NCBI GenBank assembly: GCA_002269645.1
Contig: NIVC01002429.1
Location: 110,620-174,619 of the forward strand
DNA from: Macrostomum lignano
Taxonomy: Eukaryota
Direction: 5' to 3'
Length of the DNA: 64,000 nucleotides
Positions 50,151 to 64,000 of this stretch are shown one piece after another (the stretch's first letter is position 1; every line of letters begins with the position of its first letter). The notes beneath the pieces are model-generated. The model did not search any database, had not been told where the DNA came from, and saw only the letters and a list, made by a program, of their open reading frames with translations. Position numbers and translations under genes: made by a program.

Positions 50151-51751
50151 CGTGTGAAGGCTGTTCCCGTGCTGCTGCAGGTGGCTGATGCAGGTGGCAA
50201 TGCTGCCACCATTGCTGTCACCTGCAGCGCCTTCAATGCAACCGCGCCAGAGCCGTCTGAACCAGCATCTGCAATGGCCGCATCTGCTGGGCCTGACAGC
50301 TTTGCTAGCCAGCCGGTGTCCCTCTGTGTGCCCATTGTTCCTGAGGACGAAGATGGCGATGAGGACAGGTCATTGTCTGGAGTTGGCACAGCAGCGTCAA
50401 GTGCCAACAGTTCACATCCTGCTACTGCGGCTCCTTCGTTAATTTCGCTCACCTCCCTGCCTCCTCCGGTGCCGACGTTCTCGTTGGCTGGCGCATCCAG
50501 TTCGCTACCTACGCTGACGCTGACGTCGGCCGTGTCATCGCATTCGCAGCAGCCACCGCCGCCTCCGCATGTGTCAACAGTGACGCTATTCATGTCGCAG
50601 TCGTCAGTAACTTCAATAGCTTCTTCTAGCAGTGCGGCCGCGCCAGGCAGTGCCGACCAGCAGCTGGGCGCTTCAGTTAGTAAAATCGAGCCGGGCTTGG
50701 TGTCCAGCGCCACCGGCCTGACCGCCCGCCCGTTGCCGCCGCTGTTCCGCCAGACCGACGTTGTAGTCGGGCCGCCCTGTCTCTGCCTGCCGGCCTCGTT
50801 GGCGCATTCGAATTTCGCCAGCCGGGCTGTGGAACTGCTGAACAAGCTGCACGCTAGCGCTATTGCTAATGGCGAAGTTCCTATCGACAGCTGCTCGGCC
50901 GGATCCGGCGGCGTCACGCTGTTCGTCCTTGGCAACAGCGGCGGCGGCGTCGGCGGCAACAATGGAGGAGGCAGCGGAAACGCCGGCGGCGAAGACTTTA
51001 CGCCCAGCCCGGCGTCGTCATTCCCTAGTCCGGCTAGGCAGCCAGCTGGCACCGACGATATGGATGAAGTGATCGCTGACGTTGTACCTAGAGCTGGATG
51101 TACCGATGGCAATGCTGACGCTCGGTTCAACAGTCTGGCATTGTCGAGCAGGACTGCGCCGATATTGTCGACGACAATGCCGAGGATGCCGATTATGACG
51201 ACACTGACGATGCAGCGATTGTGGAGGAGAAGCCGGCAGTGACCTCCAGCCCTATCGTGGGCTTCACAATCCGGTACGTTTCGCCGGACAGCGAGCTGGC
51301 CAAAGCTTCCCAGTCGGCCAGTTCGTCGAAAGCCGCGCCAGTAGGCGGTCGACTGTACAGCTGTCCAGTGTGCTGCAAGTGCTTCAGCAATCACTCCAAT
51401 CTGATGCGGCACAAGCGGGTGCACTCGGGCGCCAGGCCGTTCCAGTGCGTAGTCTGCGCCAAGGCCTTCTCCCAGTCTAACAATCTGTACCAGCATCAGA
51501 TCATTCACACTGGCCGGCGACCCTACATCTGCCGCCTATGCCGCTCCGCTTTCACTCTGCCTGGCAATCTGCAGAAACACGTGCAACGCTCTCACGTTGG
51601 CTCTGTGCAAAGCTGGCAAGAGGCCATGGAGCTTGAAGAGGACCTGCCGCAGCTGCTCACCGCAATCAGGACTGGCAGTTTCACGTTACAGCGTCAGGAG
51701 GAGCGAACGGATGAACCGAGTGAATCACTGGGAGCTTCCAGCGATGCGTGA
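50151..51751 (+). CDS. Kruppel-type C2H2 zinc-finger protein (3 fingers) with a long Ser/Ala/Pro-rich N-terminal region
   Basis: Acceptor cccacag| at 50150. Frame 50151-~51083 joins the finger frame (open from 51119) through a 50- or 65-nt phase-0 intron ending ttcaacag at 51133, or through an indel. Fingers: CPVCCKCF...HKRVH-SGARPF-QCVVC...HQIIH-TGRRPY-ICRLC...HVQRSH. Start exon not located. Confidence 0.78.
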
Positions 51752-51829
51752 ATGCCCTTGGCGGTCTGGGTCCGCACCGTGGGGTTTGCCTGGAATCTCA
51801 GTTCAGAATCCAGATTGGCTTTTTGTTTG

Positions 51830-53045
51830 CTGGTCATGGGCCTCCCAGTGTGTTAGCTGGTCCTGGCCCTCTCTCCGTGTTAGCTGGTCCTGGCCCTCTC
51901 TCAGTGTTAGCTGGTCATAGCCCTCTCTCCGTGTTAGCTGGTCATGGCCCTCTCTCAGTGTGTTAGCTGGTCCTGGCCCCCTCTCCGTGTGTTAGCTGGT
52001 CATAGCCCTCTCTCAGTGTGTTAGCTGGTCCTGGCCCTCTCTCAGTGTGTTAGCTGGTCCTGGCCCTCTCTCAGTGTGCTAGCTGGTCCTGGCCCTCTCT
52101 CAGTGTGCTAGCTGGTCCTGGCCCTCAGTGTGTTAGCTGGTCCTGGCCCTCTCTCAGTGTGCTAGCTGGTCCTGGCCCTCAGTGTGTTAGCTGGTCCTGG
52201 CCCTCTCTCAGTGTGTTAGCTGGTCCTGGCCCTCAGTGTGTTAGCTGGTCCTGGCCCTCTCTCAGTGTGCTAGCTGGTCCTGGCCCTCAGTGTGTTAGCT
52301 GGTCCTGGCCCTCTCTCAGTGTGTTAGCTGGTCCTGGCCCCCTCTCCGTGTGTTAGCTGGTCATAGCCCTCTCTCAGTGTGTTAGCTGGTCCTGGCCCTC
52401 TCTCAGTGTGTTAGCTGGTCCTGGCCCTCTCTCAGTGTGCTAGCTGGTCCTGGCCCTCTCTCAGTGTGCTAGCTGGTCCTGGCCCTCAGTGTGTTAGCTG
52501 GTCCTGGCCCTCTCTCAGTGTGCTAGCTGGTCCTGGCCCTCAGTGTGTTAGCTGGTCCTGGCCCTCTCTCAGTGTGTTAGCTGGTCCTGGCCCTCTCAGT
52601 ATGTTAGCTGAGTCATAGCCCTCAGTGTGTTTGTTAGCTGGTCATAGCCCTCAGTGTGTTAGCTGGTCATAGCCCTCAGTGTGTTAGCTGGTCCTGGCCC
52701 TCTCAGTATGTTAGCTGAGTCATAGCCCTCAGTGTGTTTGTTAGCTGGTCATAGCCCTCAGTGTGTTAGCTGGTCATAGCCCCTCAGTGTGTTAGCTGGT
52801 CAAAGCCCTCAGTGTGTTAGCTGGTCATAGCCCTCAGTGTGTTAGCTGGTCAAAGCCCTCAGTGTGTTAGCTGGTCATAGCCCCTCAGTGTGTTAGCTGG
52901 TCAAAGCCCTCAGTGTGTTAGCTGGTCATAGACCTCAGTGTGTTAGCTGGTCATAGCCCCTCAGTGTGTTAGCTGGTCAAAGCCCTCAGTGTGTTAGCTG
53001 GTCATAGCCCTCAGTGTGTTAGCTGGTCATAGACCTCAGTGTGTT
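51830..53045. repeat. ~24-30-bp minisatellite 3' of the zinc-finger gene
   Basis: GTGTTAGCTGGTCCTGGCCCTCTCTCA grading into GTGTTAGCTGGTCATAGCCCTCA. Confidence 0.93.
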
Positions 53046-53559
53046 GGTCATAACCTTCAGTTTTTTAATTTGGTAAAATGCACTTAGAATCCTGGCACTA
53101 CGGTGCAAACAGTTTCTTTACATGGAAATTGAAGCCAACTGATTAACTAACTGCCTTCTGAGTTGCTGCTATATGAAGTAGGTTTTGCAAATACCTTTAC
53201 TGCAAAGTTTATTGCGTGAATTCAAATCATAGCCTATCATCTATGACTTCATGTTTTTAGATTATTAGTGTTAGAGAAATATAATATAACCTTAGTGCTG
53301 TTACTAAATCTGGTCTTTTTGCGTCTTAACGGCATGTTGCTTGTAGGTCATTTGGAACCAGTTCTTCTGCAGTTTTGTTGCTCTTGATGTCCCTGTTTAA
53401 TCTGATTAATGTTCTTGATCAGAATTAGCAGCTATTTATTGTATGAGTATATTATATAGCTTACTAATTCCTACTAACATCTAGATTAGAGTTTTCTAGA
53501 TTTTGTCTGCACTTGATTTTAGATTTCAACTTCAAGATTTTAGATCTAAGTTACAGGAT

Positions 53560-54145
53560 TTGGGATCTGAATCACAGGGTTTGGGATCTGAATCACAGGG
53601 TTTGGGATCTGAATCACAGGGTTTGGGATCTGAATCACAAGGTTTGGGATCTAAATCAAAGGCTTTGGGATCTAAATCACAGGGGTTGGGATCTGAATTA
53701 CAGGGTTTGGGATCTGAATTACAGGGTTTGGGATCTGAATCACAAGATTTGGGATCTGAATCACAGGGTTTGGGATCTGAATCACAGGGTTTGGGATCTG
53801 AATCACAAGATTTGGGATCTGAATCACAAGATTTGAGGTCTGAATCACAAAATTTGAGGTCTGAATCACAGGGTTTGGAATCTGAATCACAAGATTTGGG
53901 GTCTGAATCACAGGGTTTGGGATCTGAATCACAAGATTTGAGGTCTGAATCACAGGGTTTGGAATCTGAATCACAAGATTTTGGGTCTGAATTACAGGGT
54001 TTGAGGCCTGAATCACAGGGTTTGAGGCCTGAATCACAAGATTTGAGGTCTGAATCACAGGGTTTGAGGCCTGAATCACAGGGTTTGAGGCCTGAATCAC
54101 AGGGTTTGAGGCCTGAATCACGGCGTTTGAGGACTGAATCACCGG
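53560..54145. repeat. 21-bp minisatellite
   Basis: GGGTTTGGGATCTGAATCACA; source of the LGSESQG, RVWDLNH and VIQIPNP ORFs. Confidence 0.9.
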
Positions 54146-56753
54146 ATTTTTTGGACTAAAACCCAAGAAAATGTTAAAATGTTCAACCCATGAAAGCAGT
54201 TAAAATTATACAGTAAAAGTGAATACTTGCGTTTTTACATTTTACTTAGGTCTCTGCCTGTCCCTCGTGAACATTTAGCCTCACCTGCAGCATTACGGCA
54301 CTGTTATAATTGCCAGTGAATAAGGCAAGCACTGTAAATTTGTCACTTATAGATACATCTGGCTATGTTGTGAGTTCTTTCTCTTTATTATGAGCTATTG
54401 TTTATATGGGACCAGAATAAATTGGATAAAGAGTATTGATGCATCAATAGCAGTTTCTGGTGTTAAAGCTACTAATAACATTTTACTTACACTATTGTGT
54501 TTTATGGCTATTGTGATTTCAATAGAATTATATACAATATCTGTCATATCTATATCTATATGTTACTGTTTAGGCTCTGTGCTGCAGAGGATACACTCAT
54601 AGAGACCCGCTTGCACCCGCTAACCTCCCCATGAGATCTGCTATGTAGAATTGAAGCTTTTTCACACCCTTTTATATTATGTTGACTGTGGTCTTTTTTC
54701 AATCGTTGTTGTGCGTTTTTCTTTCTTCTTCAATCTGTCAGTTCTAAAAGCAGCAAAGTTTTGGGGATTACTGTTTTTAATGTTTTTTTCTGCCTTTTTG
54801 TTTTTTAAAGCCTGATTTAAAAAAGTTGATATACTGTGAATTTTGTCGCTTCTCTAAGTCGGCTCGTGTGCAGTGAACTCCGTTGTTTAGTTTACTATAT
54901 AAACATTTTTGTGAGCACTAATATCCATTGATGTAATTGCCTTAATGATTGCCTGAGTAAGTTGTTGGCTTGTGTGCCTACATTTGTTTATTAATCATGT
55001 CTTGTAAATTAACGTTTGGGGTTAAAAACACAATTTTAACTATTCATTGACTTATATATTAGTAATAGTTCATTGAATGTATCATTGAAGTTCATTAATA
55101 TTATGTACAGCAATAAATTTAGCAATCTGTCACTTCAGCTAATATTAATATTAAGTGCGTTTGGCTGGCGGTAGCAACGGCTGCTGTAAGATTTTGATAA
55201 TCTTTTTATGGGCTTGTTTTTTTTCAGAAATTGTAGTTATTGTGCACATGGTGTCCGATAACAAAGATGACAATAAGGACAAATCATTGTCTATAAATGC
55301 AAATAATTGTCTAAAAGTGAGATAACATTCGTTCTACACTACTCTATTGCGAATCAGAAAAAGTGACATTCAAGAGATTAAAATATTTTTAAATTTTAGG
55401 GCAGCAAAATTATCATTAGAAAATAGGTGCAAAGTATTAGTTACTTCGCACACGGTTGTCAGTAGTGTTTCGGCATATTTCATAATTCCGCCTTGGTGCT
55501 TTCAAATTTGCTGCAATTTCTTGTTGATTGTAGTTGAAAACGGAAGGCTACGTAGCTACTGCTAAGTAACATCCCTGTAGAGCAGTAAAATGATTACAAA
55601 AGTCTAGAGATTGAATGCTTCCGGAAAATTGTTCATAAAAACAAATCTTTTTTGTACAAAAGTAATAGTACTCTAAAAATAACCAAAAAGTTGGTAACTT
55701 GCAGATTTATAAAAATAATAATAAAAAAAATTAACTTAAACTTATTTTACGCAAAAACTTATTGCTATACCACATGTTTGGTCTCCATTTTACAAATCGG
55801 TTTCATTTATGTGTAATTAAATTGTGCACTGTAGGACTCATCCTAGATGCAGTGATTTTTTAAATTATTAGCTAAGAAACATGTAAAACACCAAAGTAAA
55901 ATTTCAAAGTGATTAACTTAAAGATAAACTGATTCCTTTATTTTCTATAGTATGTCGGTTCAAGTTACTTATGCTTTATTTAACCTATTTCTCTGCTCTG
56001 GTGTCGCACTGTCGCAGTCACAACTGAAAATAATGTTTTTGTAACTAAGATAAAGTTTTTATTTGTATAATTAAGCTAAAAAACCTTCTAAAATGTTGTA
56101 TATATAGTATTTTTATCCCAATAACGTCTTAATACAACTATTCTATAATAAAGAACTACTAGACTAGACTTTATAACGAAGTGTTCCTAGTGGTCCTTGT
56201 ATATAATATCTTCATTCAAATATTGCTTTTAAATTAGCTATTTCAATTTTATTACCGCTAATCAGTACAAGCAAAAACTGAAGATAAAAGTAATGGCTCA
56301 AAATTACATATATCGGGTCATATGTTTTTCTATGTTATTTTTCCACATTTTGCAATTTGCATTTTTAGCTACAAAACAAATAAATACATACACATTTTGG
56401 TTATTAATTGACGAAAACAATATAGATAAACCCAGATATTGAACGATTGATGATTGCATGGCTAATAATATCAATACAACACTACATTTATGTATATCAT
56501 AACTAATTTTGGCTCAGACTAATTAATTAAGCTTTTTATTGTAATATAATCTAGGCATGAAATTAAAAATTCAATCACAAAATATCTTTTAATACTCATG
56601 TTTACTGATTTAAAAAAATTATATTACTAGTGAAATCTGCAATAACTGACTAGGCCTCAATTTTTTATACAGAATTTTTAGAATAATAAAAGCTCAAAAT
56701 ATCAGCAGACTGAGCAGGAGAAATGTAAGAGTTTCTTCCACTGTTTCAGCGCC

Positions 56754-60699
<3,946 letters not shown>

Positions 60700-61131
60700 C
60701 CTGACTAGAAACTGCAGGTATTAGAATTAAAAAAGGACGCTACGTATGCAGTACGCAGAAATAACTCACATCGTCTCAAATTTTATTAATTAATCAACTG
60801 TTCTAGACTAGGTGCTTGTGTAGCTGATATTTTTATCAAGACAGCTTTGCAAATTACGACCTTAAATCATTTCTACTATTACAATACTTTTCTACAAAAT
60901 ATTCGAAGACTAAAAAAGCATATTTCTTTCCAGTATATAGATCTTCCAATAATTTTATGTGCGTTTGTTTTTAAAGCGATACTGTAGTGGCTACTATAAG
61001 TACAGACAAAGCATGCTTATTAGATTTTTTAATTTGCCATCTGGAATGGTGAAATTTTTACTTTGTGCTCCAGGGTTGTTAATGTAATTTTTACAGTTAA
61101 TAATTAACTAGCATCTGTCTCCTGTTACTAA

Positions 61132-61600
61132 CACAATACTAAAATAGCTGGATGGATCACTCAGGCATTTATACTTAGCAAAACAGCCTTCTACTTTCAG
61201 TTCAGTAGCAAAGAAGAATGCATAAGCTATTTTATAAAATAGGCAGCTGAAATGACTTTGATAAGTTTAGAAGCCCAAAGCTCGCAGGCGTAAACAACTT
61301 GCTAATTGGTTCAGCAATAATCTACAATAGCCAGTCCACTGAAATGTACATGGCAGCTTTAGGCTGGAATTCCGAGAAAGGCAATAAAAATTGGGTTGCG
61401 CGGGGGGGGGTAGTAAGGAAAGGCGCGGTTGGAGGGTTTCAGCTGGAGGGTAATCAATGAATGGGTAATAAAAGAGCCAATAAATGAGCGTTGGCTTTAA
61501 AAATACAGTAAAATGCTTTTGTTTAACTTACTACTGAACTGAAAGTAGCTTGCACGCAAATGTACTGAGTGGCCTATCTCTAGTAATTCTAGTATCTGTG
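61132..61600. mobile_element. Second copy of the 8-bp-TSD MITE, opposite orientation, more diverged TIRs
   Basis: TSD GTTACTAA at 61124-61131 and 61601-61608; internal sequence is the reverse complement of 36636-37053. Confidence 0.85.
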
Positions 61601-61664
61601 GTTACTAAATACGTTTTATCGCAAATCTAGTTACTTATAGTAGGCTGGTATGCAAGGTTATCAA

Positions 61665-61860
61665 TGGGCAGAGCAGCTGGCTGGGGCCACGACCCCTGGT
61701 TCGATTCCGTGTGTGGCCACATTCATCTGGGGGCTTGCGCACGAAAATTGGCTTCACACCCATGAGGACTTCCCCCATGGCACAGAGTGTACATGCCTGA
61801 CGATTGGAAAGTCAAAGGGCCGCTGTACACCCTGTGTGAGCGTGTGTATGAGTGCGTACT
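61665..61860 (+). mobile_element. tRNA-derived SINE, family B
   Basis: B-box GGTTCGATTCC and blocks shared with 40060-40200. Confidence 0.6.
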
Positions 61861-62134
61861 ACATCTGACTTTGGCACACTCTCAAAAGACCAGTTGAAAC
61901 TTGAATCAAATTACCAGTTATAGATTTCGCAATGCCAATCTGCTCAAATATTTGTCAGCAGGTTTGCGGAAAGCAGGTAAACTTGTTCCTTCCTCTAAAA
62001 ATGTTCCTTCCACTAACGTGTTCTTGGATAATATTATTAATGATAGGCCAAACTTACGCTTTTAAAAGCAAACAAGCAAGTTACTAATTCGGTAATATGA
62101 GTACAAGTCATGCGCTAGAATGCTAATGCCGGCC

Positions 62135-62659
62135 TCAGTTCTGCCAGTTGGACAGCTGCAACTCTGCGGCAAAGAACTCCGCCTCAGCCTCCTGTTTCGA
62201 CTGTCGTTCGCTGGTGCGCCTCGCCGCCTCGCCGCTGCTCGTCGCTTCGCCGCCGCCTTCGCCGCGGCCGGCCTCGACGTCCCCGGAGCAGCCGACAGTT
62301 GGCGTCGAGCTGGCGCTGGCCTGGCCTCCATCGCTGGCGCCCAGCATCAGCTGCCTGATCAGCTGTTTCTGCTGGCGCAGCTTCTTCTTCAAGTTCTCCT
62401 TCAGCACCAGCAGCTTGAGCTTCTCGTCGAACAGCAGATCCTCCATACCGTCGCCGTTGCCTGCTCCGCCGCCGCCGCGCGCCGTCCCAGCCGACTCGGC
62501 GTCATCCGCCGCCGCCGCGGCCGCTCCGGACTTGGACGACTCTTTCTTTGCTCGGCGAGATAACAGCAGCCGTTGAAGCAGTTTGGTTGCCACGGAACCG
62601 GCCCGCGCAGCCGCAGCAAGCAGGCCGCCGCCGACAGCAACTATCATCCAGTCAAGCAT
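62135..62659 (-). CDS. Orphan 174-aa protein with an N-terminal hydrophobic segment and a short coiled coil
   Basis: ATG at 62659; GC-rich island in AT-rich flanks; LLFDEKLKLLVLKENLKKKLRQQKQLIRQL heptads. Could be the last exon of a longer gene. Confidence 0.55.
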   Translation of the reverse strand: MLDWMIVAVGGGLLAAAARAGSVATKLLQRLLLSRRAKKESSKSGAAAAAADDAESAGTARGGGGAGNGDGMEDLLFDEKLKLLVLKENLKKKLRQQKQLIRQLMLGASDGGQASASSTPTVGCSGDVEAGRGEGGGEATSSGEAARRTSERQSKQEAEAEFFAAELQLSNWQN

Positions 62660-63039
62660 TGGCCTAGCTAGTGGGCCACTGAAATTCTTTTTTTAGTTAC
62701 TTTACGAGTAGTAGTTTATTCTTTAGTTATACGGTAGAATTGGGCTGAGAGAATCTACTCATAGGCTATCAAATTACCGTTTGAGGAATCAGCAAAATAA
62801 AATAGACCACAGCCACTATTCAGTTGTCTATGGTAAACGTTTCTCCTATGATTCAGAATTCATGAAAATTGTCTATGGCTTTTTTATTCAAGTGTATTTA
62901 TACAAGTACGCGAGCTGTCATGTTTGAGTGTTTTTAGACAGTTGCTATTTATAGAAGGTTTTGATGCGCATTTGTTTTTAATACAAACGTCTATGGCTTA
63001 AGCCGACTAAAGGTTCATATTACCTCCTTGTAGCTCTAA

Positions 63040-64000
63040 CAGTCTGCAGGAGTGGGTCACTGACTTGCCAGTCTACAGTCAGTCTGCAAGAGTGGCGTCA
63101 CTGACTTGCCAGTCTACAGTCAGTCTGCAGGAGTGGGTCACTGACTTGCCAGTCTACAGTCTGCAGGAGTGGGTCACTGACTTGCCAGTCTACAGTCAGT
63201 CTGCAGGAGTGGGTCACTGACTTGCCAGTCTACAGTCAGTCTGCAGGAGTGGGTCACTGACTTGCCAGTTTACAGTCAGTCTGCAGGAGTGGGTCACTGA
63301 CTTGCCAGTCTACAGTCAGTCTGCAAGGAGTGGGTCACTGACTTGCCAGTCTACAGTCAGTCTGCAGGAGTGCGGTCACTGACTTGCCAGTTACAGTCTG
63401 CAGGAGTGGGTCACTGACTTGCCAGTCTACAGTCATCTGCAGGAGTGGGTCACTGACTTGCCAGTCTACAGTCAGTCTGCAGGAGTGGGTCACTGACTTG
63501 CCAGTTTACAGTCAGTCTGCAGGAGTGGGTCACTGACTTGCCAGTCTACAGTCTGCAGGAGTGGGTCACTGACTTGCCAGTCTACAGTCAGTCTGCAGGA
63601 GTGGGTCACTGACTTGCCAGTTTACAGTCAGTCTGCAGGAGTGGGTCACTGACTTTATCAGTCTACAGTCTGCAGGAGTGGGTCACTGACTTGCCAGTCT
63701 ACAGTCAGTCTGCAGGAGTGGGTCACTGACTTGCCAGTTTACAGTCAGTCTGCAGGAGTGGGTCACTGACTTGCCAGTTACAGTCAGTCTGCAGGAGTGG
63801 GTCACTGACTTGCCAGTTTACAGTCAGTCTGCAGGAGTGGGTCACTGACTTGCCAGTCTACAGTCAGTCTGCAGGAGTGGGTCACTGACTTGCCAGTCTA
63901 CAGTCAGTCTGCAGGAGTGGGTCACTGACTTGCCAGTCTACAGTCAGTCTGCAGGAGTGGGTCACTGACTTGCCAGTCTACAGTCAGTCTGCAGGAGTGG
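63040..64000. repeat. 40-bp satellite running off the right edge
   Basis: CAGTCTGCAGGAGTGGGTCACTGACTTGCCAGTCTACAGT. Confidence 0.96.

Noticed and set aside
50138-51508. 456-aa minus-strand ORF
   Set aside because: Antisense of the zinc-finger gene; begins with a phrase typical of antisense C2H2 linkers.
53503-54166. 218-aa heptad ORF (LGSESQG)n resembling a coiled coil
   Set aside because: 21-bp minisatellite, open in multiple frames, with no splice or start context.

Overview
Eukaryotic (metazoan) genomic DNA: GC-rich, Ala-rich exons separated by AT-rich introns packed with micro- and minisatellites, plus a TTAGGG-derived repeat. The style resembles a free-living flatworm such as Macrostomum, but that is an impression and cannot be verified here. 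No prokaryotic features, CRISPR arrays, rRNA or bona fide tRNA genes were found. Gene models were built by hand from splice sites with reading-frame checks. (1) A ~17-kb minus-strand SPA17/Sp17-like locus (RIIa domain plus 13 IQ or IQ-like motifs, 946 aa). It also contains two or three intronic alternative start exons encoding Cys-containing, GAP-43-like N-termini, and an alternative acidic Ser-Pro-repeat terminal exon. (2) A 4-exon, 118-aa secreted neuropeptide-like precursor with a D-C-x8-C-x5-KR peptide. (3) A 4-exon CD20/MS4A-like membrane protein. (4) GPKOW. (5) A protein with three C2H2 zinc fingers. (6) A 7-exon coiled-coil protein whose third intron has perfect U12 (AT-AC) signals. (7) An orphan 174-aa ORF and a partial exon at the left edge. 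Mobile DNA: LOA/R1-like and RTE-like non-LTR fragments, a mariner-derived long-TIR element, a Tc1-like remnant, a MITE family with 8-bp TSDs (2 copies), and two tRNA-derived SINE families. Many long ORFs in the supplied track are artefacts of satellites or antisense mirrors.
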